Assembly: GCA_046734235.1 (NCBI GenBank)
Contig: JBKPQV010000637.1
Location: forward strand, 1-41,360
Source: Acidobacteriota bacterium
GTDB lineage: Bacteria; Acidobacteriota; Blastocatellia; Pyrinomonadales; Pyrinomonadaceae
Direction: 5' to 3'
Length of the DNA: 41,360 bases
Below are positions 18,525 to 27,444 of this stretch, one piece after another. Position numbers and translations under genes: made by a program. Numbering within the stretch: position 1 is the stretch's first letter; each line of letters opens with the position of its first letter. The notes under the pieces are model-generated. The model saw only the letters and a list, made by a program, of their open reading frames with translations, searched no databases and was not told the DNA's origin.

Positions 18525-19292
18525 ATGTCAGCGCGTGAAGATTCAGTTCTTTCCTCGGTAGACGGTCAAATTGGACGAATTACGCTCAATCGACCTGAGA
18601 AGAGAAATTCTTTGAATAGTGCGGTGATTTTAGGAATTAAGAGCGCGCTACGGGGTATTGGGAGTAATAGGGACGTCCGCGCAATCGTCATTACAGGGTC
18701 GGGGAAAGACTTCTGCTCAGGTGCAGATCTTTCAGAGTTGCAAAAAATCTCAAATGCTTCAGTTGCCGACAACAGCGATGACGCAAACTCGTTGCTGGAG
18801 CTATTCCTGAATATTCGCCATTGTGATGTTCCCGTAATTGCTGCGGTTCGTGGTCGAGCATTGGCCGGTGGATGTGGTTTAGCCACTGCTTGCGATCTGG
18901 TGTTGGCGTCTTCAACAGCCCGGTTTGGTTATCCGGAAGTCAAGATCGGTTTTGTACCCGCGATAGTGCTCGCGATCCTGCGACGTAATGTACCGGAGAA
19001 GCGAGCATTTGAGTTGATCACCCGAGGCGAAGAGATTAGTGCTGAAGTGGCTGAGCGGATCGGGTTGGTAAATCAGGTTTTCAGTGAGGAGAATTTCGAT
19101 CAAGAGGTTGAGACCTACGTTGAAAGATTTTCCGGGACAAGCAAATCGGCGGTGTCTTTAACCAAAAGGCTTTTGTATCAAGTGGACGGACTTTCGTTCG
19201 TAGAGGCACTCGAAACGGGTGTGGACGTAAACGTAATCGCGAGAATGACTGAAGACTGTCAAAAGGGAATTGCGCGATTCCTTAAAAAGTAA
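18525..19292 (+). CDS. Enoyl-CoA hydratase/isomerase (crotonase) family protein
   Basis: A GGAGAA RBS precedes the ATG. The protein carries RITLNRPEKRNSLN, GSGKDFCSGADL and AAVRGRALAGGCGLATACDLVLAS oxyanion-hole motifs, and is full length (255 aa). Confidence 0.85.
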   Translation: MSAREDSVLSSVDGQIGRITLNRPEKRNSLNSAVILGIKSALRGIGSNRDVRAIVITGSGKDFCSGADLSELQKISNASVADNSDDANSLLELFLNIRHCDVPVIAAVRGRALAGGCGLATACDLVLASSTARFGYPEVKIGFVPAIVLAILRRNVPEKRAFELITRGEEISAEVAERIGLVNQVFSEENFDQEVETYVERFSGTSKSAVSLTKRLLYQVDGLSFVEALETGVDVNVIARMTEDCQKGIARFLKK

Positions 19293-19884
19293 CCAGTGAC
19301 TTGTTCGCCAATGATATTGCTGACTCCAAAACCGGGTCAGCAATTTGCGTTATTAGACCTGACTTCAATGCTTCTTCACTGGACCACCGGCGCGATGTAG
19401 TAAACAGTTCAAGCGCTCGAGCACGACCCACAATCCTTGGTAATCGTTGTGTTCCACCCCAGCCAGTAATGATTCCAAGCTTTGCTCCGGGATGCGCGAA
19501 CACTGCCGATTCAGACGCGACACGAATATCACAAGCGAGCGCCACGTCCAACCCACCGCCCATGCAAAATCCATTGATTGCCGCGATAGTCACTTGAGAC
19601 ATAGACGCAAGTGTATTCGTGATCGATTGTCCTCGCTGAGAAAACTCGGTTGCGCTTTGTGACTCAAGTTGTCGAAGCTCGCGAATATCCGCGCCCGAAA
19701 GAAAGACGTCATCGCTTCCAGTGATAATGACGACCTTAAGCAGAGATTCTTTGGTTAGGCGATCCAATATTTCAGCGAATAGATCCAGCGTTCGGCTTGA
19801 GAGAGGATTGCGTTCCCGAGGTTTGCAGAATCGTATTACAGCAACGGAACCGCAAATCTCCAGGTTAACAGGTGGGATGGTCAT
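19282..19884 (-). CDS. Short crotonase-family protein (200 aa; lacks the usual C-terminal helices)
   Basis: It carries [25 protein letters not shown] and [24 protein letters not shown]. Its start overlaps the stop of the B12-binding subunit gene (ATGA on the minus strand at 19884-19881). Its 3' end overlaps the convergent crotonase gene by 11 nt. Confidence 0.7.
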   Translation of the reverse strand: MTIPPVNLEICGSVAVIRFCKPRERNPLSSRTLDLFAEILDRLTKESLLKVVIITGSDDVFLSGADIRELRQLESQSATEFSQRGQSITNTLASMSQVTIAAINGFCMGGGLDVALACDIRVASESAVFAHPGAKLGIITGWGGTQRLPRIVGRARALELFTTSRRWSSEEALKSGLITQIADPVLESAISLANKSLVTF

Positions 19885-20285
19885 TCCCTCGGCTTAACAT
19901 TTTCGCGGAGAAACTTGACGATATCCTCAGTGGAAGTTCCGGGAAGGAATACTTCTGCAATGCCTTGCGCCTTGAGTTTAGGAAGATCTTCCTGGGGAAC
20001 TATGCCTCCCACGAGTACAAGACAATCATTCATTCCTTTTTCGCGAAGCAATTGAACGATTCGTGGGCAAAGCGTGTTATGCGCACCGCTCAGTATCGAC
20101 ACACCAACGGCATCGACATCTTCTTGCAAAGCCGCGGCTGCAATCATTTCCGGTGTTTGTCGCAATCCAGTGTAGATCACTTCCATTCCAGCATCGCGTA
20201 ACGCGCGGGCAATTACCTTGGCCCCTCGATCGTGACCATCAAGGCCAGGCTTTGCGACGAGCACTCGTATTCTTCGATTGGACAT
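19881..20285 (-). CDS. Acyl-CoA mutase small subunit (cobalamin-binding domain)
   Basis: [40 protein letters not shown] carries the DxHxxG B12-binding signature of methylmalonyl-CoA mutase C-terminal domains. Confidence 0.9.
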   Translation of the reverse strand: MSNRRIRVLVAKPGLDGHDRGAKVIARALRDAGMEVIYTGLRQTPEMIAAAALQEDVDAVGVSILSGAHNTLCPRIVQLLREKGMNDCLVLVGGIVPQEDLPKLKAQGIAEVFLPGTSTEDIVKFLRENVKPRE

Positions 20286-20297
20286 TGGCGGTTCAGA

Positions 20298-21980
20298 CTA
20301 AAAAGCAGGTTCTTCATAGATGCCGTATACATCGCGGAGTGCTGAACAAATTTCACCCAGCGTTGCATAGACTCTTACTGCTTCAATCGTAGCAGGCATT
20401 GTGTTCTCGTTGTTCCTGGCGGCAAGTTTTAACTTTCCAAGAGAGTTTGCTACCGCTCCCGCGTCGCGACGTGAGCGAGTTTCTTCGAGTCGCTCAACCT
20501 GGTGATTACGAACCGATTCGTCGATTACGAGAATAGGTATTTCAGCTGGCTCGTCAGTCATCGTGTACTTATTGACACCAACGATCACCTGATCGCCTCG
20601 TTCAACTGCCTTTTGATAGTGGTAAGCCGAGTCGTGAATCTCTCGTTGCGGAAATCCCTTTTCAATCGCGGCAACCATTCCGCCCATTGCATCGATTTTG
20701 CGGAAGTACTCCAGTGCCTCGTCTTCCATCTTAGTGGTGAGCGACTCGAGGTAGTAGGAACCACCTAACGGGTCAACAGTGTTCACTACGCCTGTCTCAT
20801 CGGCGATTATCTGTTGCGTTCGCAAGGCAATCAAAGCAGCCCGGTCAGTCGGTAATGCGAGCGCTTCGTCGTATGCGTCAGTATGAAGGCTTTGAGTGCC
20901 GCCCAACACGCCTGCGAGTGCCTGGATCGCGACACGAACTATATTGTTCAGAGGTTGTTGGACTGTTAGGGAAACGCCCGCTGTCTGAGTATGGAACCGT
21001 AGCTGCAAAGTCCGCTCAAAGTTGCTGCCAAAGCGGTTCTTCATCTCTCGCGCCCAAATTCGCCGCGCGGCCCGATATTTGGCTATCTCTTCAAAGAAGT
21101 CGTTATGAGCATTAAAGAAGAACGACATCCTTGGGACAAATCGATCAACATCGAGACCGGCATCGACTCCCCAAGCTACATATTCGATACCATCACGCAG
21201 GGTGAAAGCTAATTCCTGGGCGGCCGTCGCGCCCGCCTCACGTATGTGATAGCCGCTAACTGAAATCGGGTTGTAACGAGGTACATGATCTGTGCAAAAG
21301 GCAAACGTATCGACAACCAGCTTCATTGCCGGCTTGATCGGATAGATCCACTCCTTTTGTGCGATGTACTCCTTTAATATGTCGTTCTGCAGCGTGCCCG
21401 AAATCTTCTGCCAATCCGCCCGTTGCTTCTCCGCAACAACCAGGTACATCGCGAGTAACACCGACGCTGGGGCATTGATGGTTTGAGACACCGTGACATT
21501 CTCAAGTGGAATTCCGTCGAATAAGACTTCCATATCCGCCAACGAAGAGACGGCTACACCGCACTTGCCCACTTCTCCCTCGGAGAGGGGAGAATCTGCG
21601 TCATAACCCATGAGGGTTGGCAGATCGTAAGCGACGGAAAGACCAGTTTGGCCTTGCTCGAGCAGATATTTGAAACGTGCGTTCGTATCTTCCGGTGTGC
21701 TGAAGCCGGCGAACTGCCGCATTGTCCATAGTTTGCCCCGGTAGCCAGTCGGATGAATCCCGCGGGTATAAGGAAACTCACCAGGGAAAGCTATGTCGTT
21801 GGGAAAGTCGATGTGTGAGACGTCTGCTGGAGTGTAAAGCCGATCTACTTCTTCGAGTGAGACAGTTTGGAAGTTATTCTTGCGTTCTGGCCGCTTCTCT
21901 AAGACAGGATCCAGAGTCTCATTTTCCCATCGCTCTACTGCCTCTTGCGCAGTAGACGATTGTTCCTTTATTTCGGCCAT
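20298..21980 (-). CDS. Methylmalonyl-CoA mutase-family large (catalytic TIM-barrel) subunit
   Basis: It carries [49 protein letters not shown] and [17 protein letters not shown], which are typical of split MCM-family mutases. Confidence 0.9.
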   Translation of the reverse strand: MAEIKEQSSTAQEAVERWENETLDPVLEKRPERKNNFQTVSLEEVDRLYTPADVSHIDFPNDIAFPGEFPYTRGIHPTGYRGKLWTMRQFAGFSTPEDTNARFKYLLEQGQTGLSVAYDLPTLMGYDADSPLSEGEVGKCGVAVSSLADMEVLFDGIPLENVTVSQTINAPASVLLAMYLVVAEKQRADWQKISGTLQNDILKEYIAQKEWIYPIKPAMKLVVDTFAFCTDHVPRYNPISVSGYHIREAGATAAQELAFTLRDGIEYVAWGVDAGLDVDRFVPRMSFFFNAHNDFFEEIAKYRAARRIWAREMKNRFGSNFERTLQLRFHTQTAGVSLTVQQPLNNIVRVAIQALAGVLGGTQSLHTDAYDEALALPTDRAALIALRTQQIIADETGVVNTVDPLGGSYYLESLTTKMEDEALEYFRKIDAMGGMVAAIEKGFPQREIHDSAYHYQKAVERGDQVIVGVNKYTMTDEPAEIPILVIDESVRNHQVERLEETRSRRDAGAVANSLGKLKLAARNNENTMPATIEAVRVYATLGEICSALRDVYGIYEEPAF

Positions 21981-22085
21981 TTATCCTCACTACGAAGAAT
22001 ATTTATATATTGACCGGATATTAAGTTACGGGTTTTGGGGTGTCAACCACGTCTGAAAATCGATGAGGAGTGTTTGCTAGAGGGG

Positions 22086-22115
22086 AGCGCGGCTGCGATG
22101 GCAGTCACAGCCGCG
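22086..22115. terminator. GC-rich hairpin between the mutase start and the ftsB-like stop
   Basis: GCGCGGCTG / CAGCCGCGC forms a 9-bp stem with a 12-nt loop, about 105 nt downstream of the minus-strand stop at 22220. There is no U-tract. Confidence 0.25.
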
Positions 22116-22219
22116 CCAAACGCGGTAGGGAACCCGGTTACGTGGATATCGAGCAGGCAGCTAATCGGCAGGCATCGGCAGGCATGAATCAAGTGTCCTT
22201 TATTAATATCGTCTCTAGT

Positions 22220-22636
22220 TCATTCAACAGGAACGACGTATTCGTTGCTCCTGACCATATTCAAACGAGTTCGCGCGGCGAGTTCGATAGATCGGGGATC
22301 CGATTTCAACCTCTCCACTTCGTTCTTTAAAGCGCTATTGACCTCTTTGAGTGCCCTCACGTCAGATTCTATTGATGACAATTGCACTGCAGCCATTTGA
22401 GCTTTCGCTCGTGTTCGTAGATTTACTGTTACGCAAACAGCGGCAACCGCCAGGAGAATCATGCCAAAGACTACCCACGCCGGAATGATTCCACCGCGGC
22501 GACGCACCTCGCTCCGCGTACCAATAAGTTCGACCGAGATCTGTTGCATAGAGGCCAACGATGAGTTTGCGCGCGGCAACGCTCGCTGTGCCTGTATCCG
22601 TTCATCAACCCAGTAATTATTTGCGACCCTGCTCAC
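22220..22636 (-). CDS. Septum formation initiator family protein (FtsB/DivIC/FtsL-like)
   Basis: A single TM (IIPAWVVFGMILLAVAAVCVTV) is followed by a coiled coil and the C-terminal motif SDPRSIELAARTRLNMVRSNEYVV, typical of FtsB/DivIC. It uses a GTG start, and the start position is uncertain. Confidence 0.55.
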   Translation of the reverse strand: MSRVANNYWVDERIQAQRALPRANSSLASMQQISVELIGTRSEVRRRGGIIPAWVVFGMILLAVAAVCVTVNLRTRAKAQMAAVQLSSIESDVRALKEVNSALKNEVERLKSDPRSIELAARTRLNMVRSNEYVVPVE

Positions 22637-23288
22637 GTAGCACCTCCAAGTACTAAATCGTCTTTCCTTCGTTTTTAAGGCGCCATTTTAAATACGCCCG
22701 CCTTGTCTAGTCCTTATTGAGCTACTGGATTGACTGTTGACAGCTGTCGCTGCCTTCGTTGCTGCGATACGCGCCTCGATGCAAGCTTTCGTCGGAGTGT
22801 GACTTTCGCCTGCGAATTTCGCGAATTCTTCCCGGCTGAAAACCGTATTCTCATTGAGCTTTCTCCGATGTGTGTACTGGGCGGTCGCTGGAACTAACCG
22901 TCAGTGTCGGGGCACCGAACTCTCAATCAGGTCGAACAATTTTGGTATGACCACCACTGTCGACCTAACGCTCATTCAGGGGTCTTAAGAACCTGCTTAA
23001 TCCGTTTGTTGTGCGAGGCCACAAGATAGCTGGTAGTTGGAGCTGGGCTACCACTAGCGAGTGTGCTTTGCGTTCCGTCAATCTGTTGTCAATCAATGAC
23101 TTAGCTTCAAGTTGGCCGGAATGTAGCATCCGTGCTTAAGCGTGTAAAGACATTTCTAGTCAACGCTTTAAGCCCGTAAGTTCAACATTTACTTGAGCTA
23201 AGAGCGCTTAAGCACCCAAAATCGGCGAACGCATGGCGAACGGAAATCCCTGTTTTCGTTGTCTCCTCATCCAGAGCGTTAAAACTTG

Positions 23289-23318
23289 TTGACAGCTTGG
23301 CTAGGGCGCACTTAGACT
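23289..23318 (+). promoter_or_regulatory. Candidate sigma-70 promoter for the enhancer-binding-protein gene
   Basis: TTGACA (23289-23294), an 18-nt spacer, then TAGACT (23313-23318), about 150 nt upstream of the ATG at 23471. Confidence 0.3.
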
Positions 23319-23470
23319 GCCAACTGTCTGGAAGATTGAATATCTCAAATTGACCCGACCAATCTCCCAGAAAGTCTTATCAACCACCGCTTGTCCCCGA
23401 CTCTCGACGAAGCTGGACTTTGATTTTCTCACGCCAGCTGGTTCTCTCAAGATTCTAAGGAAAGGCGTAG

Positions 23471-25009
23471 ATGTCTGATCCTTCGGTTTTAGCTTCAGGC
23501 GTTAGCGTGTCAGATTCAGCATCAGTCAAGTTACCTATCCGCTCAATTGTTCGGTTTCTTTGTGAAGCGGCGCGAGGCGGTCCGGAATTGCTCTATGAAG
23601 CAATGATCAAGACCAGTCTTATGGTGGAGGCTACGACTCCTACCTATGGTCTTTCGATCTGGGCGGCGCCTTTCTCCGGAAAACCGAGTCTTCGCTGGGC
23701 TGAAGGTCTTGAAGAAACTGAGATCGCTCACGGCGAAGCTGCCATCACCCAAATATTCGAGACGAAAGGCCAGCCCGAAGCTGCGAAGGCCGGCGATAAT
23801 TCGATCTGTTTACTCCTCGCCTTGCCTTCGCCGTCGCGCGATGGTGCAGCCTTGTATGGCCGTTGCGTCCGACCTTTAACCGCTGAACAAGCCAACGAGC
23901 TAAACGCTCTTGCCGATGTTGCGTATTTAGCGCATTCACATCAAAGTCCTGTTCCCGTTAACAGTGTGGGTAAGACAACTGGATCGCTGACGACGTCCAG
24001 TGTCTTGCCAGGAATGGTTTTCAGTAGTCGCGCTATGGCGGATGTCGCGCGCAACGTCGAACGGATCAAAGATTCAGATTCGACGATTCTCGTTACGGGC
24101 GAGTCCGGTACGGGTAAAGAATTGATTGCACGTGCGATTCACCGGTTGAGCCGCCGCTCCGAGCGTGAATTTGTCCCATTCAATTGTTCCGCAGTTCCTG
24201 CGGAATTAATCGAAAGCATGTTGTTTGGACATCGCAGAGGAACATTTACTGGAGCACTCTCAGATCAGTTAGGACTGATCAGGTCTGCTGAAAACGGCAC
24301 ACTGTTTCTTGATGAAATTGGCGACCTACCGCTGGCGCTGCAGCCAAAGTTGTTAAGGTTTCTGCAGGAGGGCGAGGTCCATACTCTTGGCGATCGAGCG
24401 CCGCGTCAGGTTAACGTAAGAGTTATAGCTGCCACTCATAAGGATCTAGAGCAGCTCGTCAGAGAGAAATTGTTTAGGGAGGATCTTTACTACAGAATTG
24501 CTACGCTGACCTTAAAAGTTCCCCCACTGCGAGAGCGGCCCGAAGATATCTCCACTCTGATCTCCCATTTCGTAAGTTTGTACGCAAGGAAAAACGATCG
24601 GGCAATTTCTGGAATTACCTGGGAGGCGATCCAGATACTTGAGACTTACTCCTGGCCCGGAAATATTCGTGAGCTGGCCGGGGAGATGGAACGCTTAGTT
24701 CTTTACGCCGACGAGGGTGGGTACATCCAACCGCACAATATTAGTCCACGCATCCGACCGATGAACTCCAATGGTTCGGATGAAGTGTCAGCTGAAAAGC
24801 TTGAAGACCTCCTTGAAAGCTACGAGCGACGCGTAATCACCGAAACGCTCAAAAGGCATGACTGCAATGTTGCACGTGCGAGCGAAGCACTCGGACTTGG
24901 ATCAAGACAAACGTTATATAAAAAACTAAAGCGCCTCGCGATAGACGTTAGTGAGTTCCTTCAGGAAGATACTGAACCCGGCCTTCAATTCCGATCACCG
25001 CAACGCTAG
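23471..25009 (+). CDS. Sigma-54-dependent transcriptional activator (bEBP) with a non-receiver, GAF-like N-terminal domain
   Basis: An AAGGAAAGG RBS precedes the ATG. The AAA+ core has Walker A GESGTGKELIARAIH, a GAFTGA-variant loop HRRGTFTGAL, Walker B TLFLDEIGD and the motif RVIAATHKDL. The C-terminal Fis-type HTH reads NVARASEALGLGSRQTLYKKLKR. The first roughly 180 aa carry no receiver-domain signature. Confidence 0.88.
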   Translation: MSDPSVLASGVSVSDSASVKLPIRSIVRFLCEAARGGPELLYEAMIKTSLMVEATTPTYGLSIWAAPFSGKPSLRWAEGLEETEIAHGEAAITQIFETKGQPEAAKAGDNSICLLLALPSPSRDGAALYGRCVRPLTAEQANELNALADVAYLAHSHQSPVPVNSVGKTTGSLTTSSVLPGMVFSSRAMADVARNVERIKDSDSTILVTGESGTGKELIARAIHRLSRRSEREFVPFNCSAVPAELIESMLFGHRRGTFTGALSDQLGLIRSAENGTLFLDEIGDLPLALQPKLLRFLQEGEVHTLGDRAPRQVNVRVIAATHKDLEQLVREKLFREDLYYRIATLTLKVPPLRERPEDISTLISHFVSLYARKNDRAISGITWEAIQILETYSWPGNIRELAGEMERLVLYADEGGYIQPHNISPRIRPMNSNGSDEVSAEKLEDLLESYERRVITETLKRHDCNVARASEALGLGSRQTLYKKLKRLAIDVSEFLQEDTEPGLQFRSPQR

Positions 25010-25075
25010 ATCGCATCCTTCGACGTTCAAGCTTGTACACTATTCGCCTCCTCCGAATCCTCAGAAATTTCAACG

Positions 25076-25579
25076 ATGCTAATAACGTACATACCGTTTT
25101 TTGTGCTCGCTCTGATCATACATGAAGTGGGCCATTGCATCGCAGCATCTGCATGTGGGGTGAAAGTCACTGAGTTTGGTATCGGATGGGGACCAGAAGT
25201 CTATACGTTTCGCTTCAAGGAGGTCACGTATGGGATTAGGATACTACCTCTAGGTGCCTATGTACGGCTCGACTTACCTGGATTACTGAGCCGTCCGTTA
25301 TTACAGCAAATCGTTGTACTACTGGCGGGAATAGCTGCCAACCTCCTGGCTGCAATCCTGGCGGAGGGCACTAGTTTTAGTCTCATGAACTACCTCCTGG
25401 CGGTGACAAACATACTGCCTCTTTACCAGCAGGACAGTTGGAAGTGCGGCATCGTGATAATCCGCGATGTTCTTCACCGCAAAAGCCCGCTCGTTGAATG
25501 GACTTTCACTATCGCGGGCAGTGGCATGAGCTTTATTCTCTTCATTGCACTCATCCTGAGACGAGTCAAAGGACTCTAA
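25076..25579 (+). CDS. Miniature M50 (site-2 protease/RseP-like) membrane metallopeptidase, no PDZ domain
   Basis: The HExxH lies in TM1 (LALIIHEVGHCIAASACGV), followed by EFGIGWGPEV...LPLGAYVRL. A distal NILPLYQQDSW resembles the NxxPxxxLDG motif. The protein is only 167 aa. Confidence 0.55.
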   Translation: MLITYIPFFVLALIIHEVGHCIAASACGVKVTEFGIGWGPEVYTFRFKEVTYGIRILPLGAYVRLDLPGLLSRPLLQQIVVLLAGIAANLLAAILAEGTSFSLMNYLLAVTNILPLYQQDSWKCGIVIIRDVLHRKSPLVEWTFTIAGSGMSFILFIALILRRVKGL

Positions 25580-25980
25580 CTCTTCCATTAGACAGAGTCG
25601 TAAAACATTGCGAGTGTTGCTGAATATTCAGTAATGCCTGGGCCGGGTTGTTTTTGGAATCCCTACGTCCAGGGACAGTATTTCTGGTGACTTAGCAGAT
25701 TTTGAGTCTCCCCGAGGGAATTCCAAAACCGACGTTGTCAACTGCGGGCGACAACATGATTTTCAAGCCCAACCACGACCATATTTTGAAATTCCGCACT
25801 CCACCACTCAGCTAACATCTGTTTTCTTGTAAACCGCAGGCTACAAATTCCCCGCCATTTTCCCGCAAAACCACTCAATACCTAATGTTTTACTCCCGGC
25901 ACACCGCTTGTAATGGAACTGGTGCCGGGCGAACCCCGAGTCGACACTGGCTTAGCAACAAGCAGTTTTGGACACAACTT

Positions 25981-26262
25981 ATGAAAAGTGTAAACCCAAA
26001 AGTTCAGATGACGCTGTTAGGTGTGGTACTCGCAACACCATTCCTCGTTCTTGCGTCGGTTGTCGCTGCCCACATTACTTCGCTTGCCGACAGTGTGAGA
26101 GTTGACGTTCTTTGCGTCGCCCTCGCATCGGTCAGCATCGCGGTAAGAATTGCGGATGGACGTTCGCTTCAGGGCAAAACCGAACAAGTACAAAGCAGTG
26201 AAGTTGAGTCTAGTGGGGACACTGATCTGCGAGGAAAGTCCACTATCAGTCTTAGCTGCTAA
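25981..26262 (+). CDS. Hypothetical small membrane protein (weak call)
   Basis: The ORF has two hydrophobic segments (LLGVVLATPFLVLASVVAAHI and VDVLCVALASVSIAVRIA). It has no convincing RBS and the start is uncertain. It may be non-coding. Confidence 0.2.
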   Translation: MKSVNPKVQMTLLGVVLATPFLVLASVVAAHITSLADSVRVDVLCVALASVSIAVRIADGRSLQGKTEQVQSSEVESSGDTDLRGKSTISLSC

Positions 26263-26350
26263 AACTTCAGGTTGTCCTTCCCCGGCTCGGAGCCGTGTGG
26301 TGGAACAGGGCGCTTAACTCTTAACCAAACATAAGTCTAAGGAGCAAATC

Positions 26351-26509
26351 ATGATTAAAAATTTCTTTCGCGACGAAACTGGTCTGGAACTTTCGGAGTA
26401 CGCGGTTGCCGCAGCCTTGGTTGCTATCGCCGCCGTCATTGCCTTCACGACATTGGGCAATGCGATCAGCACGAAGATCAACACGCTTGCAGCAACTATC
26501 AGCGGTTGA
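26351..26509 (+). CDS. flp: Flp family type IVb pilin (52 aa), copy 1; not in the ORF track
   Basis: An AAGGAG RBS lies 6 nt upstream. The sequence is MIKNFFRDETG/LELSEYAVAAALVAIAAVIAFTTLGNAISTKINTLAATISG, with the Flp processing motif G/xxxxEY followed by a hydrophobic helix. Confidence 0.9.
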   Translation: MIKNFFRDETGLELSEYAVAAALVAIAAVIAFTTLGNAISTKINTLAATISG

Positions 26510-26532
26510 TTCTATCCGTCGCAATTCGCCAA

Positions 26533-26568
26533 GCGCGCTTTAGTTGAGACGAATTCGCTAAAGCGCGC
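26533..26568 (+). terminator. Hairpin after flp copy 1 (attenuator/terminator)
   Basis: GCGCGCTTTAG / CTAAAGCGCGC forms a perfect 11-bp stem with a 14-nt loop, 24 nt past the stop. Confidence 0.45.
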
Positions 26569-26618
26569 CCCTGGCACTTCAGCAGTGCGCTAGAAATACT
26601 TCGGAAAGGAGCAAGGAC

Positions 26619-26774
26619 ATGTTGAATTTTTTTCGAGATGAAAGCGGGCTTGAACTATCAGAGTACGCAGTTGCCGCAGCCCTCGTCGCGATAGCAGCAG
26701 TTGTTGCATTCACCACTCTTGGAAACGTTATCGCTAGCAGAATCAACACCCTCGCCGCCACTATCAGCGGCTAG
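26619..26774 (+). CDS. flp: Flp family type IVb pilin (51 aa), copy 2; not in the ORF track
   Basis: An AAAGGAG RBS precedes the ATG. The sequence is MLNFFRDESG/LELSEYAVAAALVAIAAVVAFTTLGNVIASRINTLAATISG, about 80% identical to copy 1. Confidence 0.9.
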   Translation: MLNFFRDESGLELSEYAVAAALVAIAAVVAFTTLGNVIASRINTLAATISG

Positions 26775-26793
26775 TTCCAATTCGGATTATCTG

Positions 26794-26826
26794 GCGCGCT
26801 TGGTGAGGTCACTCACCTAAGCGCGC
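26794..26826 (+). terminator. Hairpin after flp copy 2 (attenuator/terminator)
   Basis: GCGCGCTTGGTGAG / CTCACCTAAGCGCGC forms a 14-bp stem with one bulge and a 3-4-nt loop, 20 nt past the stop. Confidence 0.45.
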
Positions 26827-26880
26827 TGCCGCCCATTCTTTACTGACAGTTCGAACTAAATCTTCAAACATACAAAGACA

Positions 26881-27399
26881 ATGTCAGTCGCGCCTGTACA
26901 ATTTTTTCTTATCCCATTGGCAATCATCATTGCTTACTACGACGTTCGCTATCGTCGCATCCCTAATCTCTTTGTACTGGCGACCTTTATCAGCGGTGTT
27001 CTGATCAATGCCATCTTTGGTGGTCTTACAGGCGTGCTTTCAAGTTGCGCCGGCTGCGTGTTCGCTTTTGTTCTGATGTTCTTACTACATGTCTTTGGGG
27101 CCATGGGCGCCGGAGACGTAAAGCTGTTCGCCGCTATCGGAGCTGTTATGGGGGCTCACCTGGTCCTACCAACTTTTCTGGTCGTGATTCTTACAGGTGG
27201 CTTACTCGCGATCATTTCGATTATTCGAGCTGGCTCTGTAGTAGCGACCATGCATCGTGTCTTACAGATACTCGTCGGACTGTTACCAGGCTGGCAAATG
27301 CCGAAATTTGCTGTTCCAGCTGACCGCCGAGCCACGATTCCTTACGGGGTAGCAATCACAATCGGCAGCCTCATTTCAACCGCTATCTTTCGCGCATGA
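26881..27399 (+). CDS. cpaA: Prepilin peptidase CpaA/TadV (A24 family)
   Basis: It is polytopic, with the two catalytic Asp contexts AYYDVRYRRIPN and GAMGAGDVKLFAAIG. Confidence 0.85.
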   Translation: MSVAPVQFFLIPLAIIIAYYDVRYRRIPNLFVLATFISGVLINAIFGGLTGVLSSCAGCVFAFVLMFLLHVFGAMGAGDVKLFAAIGAVMGAHLVLPTFLVVILTGGLLAIISIIRAGSVVATMHRVLQILVGLLPGWQMPKFAVPADRRATIPYGVAITIGSLISTAIFRA

Positions 27400-27444
27400 G
27401 CGCGAGTTTTGAATGATGACATGTGATCACACGGAGAGTCTATT

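Noticed and set aside
22164-22183. Perfect tandem 10-mer ATCGGCAGGC x2
   Set aside because: Only two copies sit in a short 3' region, there is no further periodicity or pairing partner, and it is most simply a small slippage duplication.
25885-25980. Longer 125-aa version of the small ORF upstream of flp
   Set aside because: The N-terminal part (MFYSRHTACNGTGAGRTPSRHWLSNKQFWTQL) overlaps the candidate -24/-12 element and has no RBS. Even the shorter 25981 version is only weakly supported.
26571-26590. Perfect TGGCAC (sigma-54 -24 box) 45 nt upstream of flp copy 2
   Set aside because: At the required GG-N10-GC spacing the -12 position reads CAGTG, not TTGCW. The nearest GC dinucleotides are offset by -3 (26582-26583) or +2 (26587-26588) nt, and sigma-54 spacing is strict. 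No GG-N10-GC element lies in the 90 nt upstream of flp copy 1 either.
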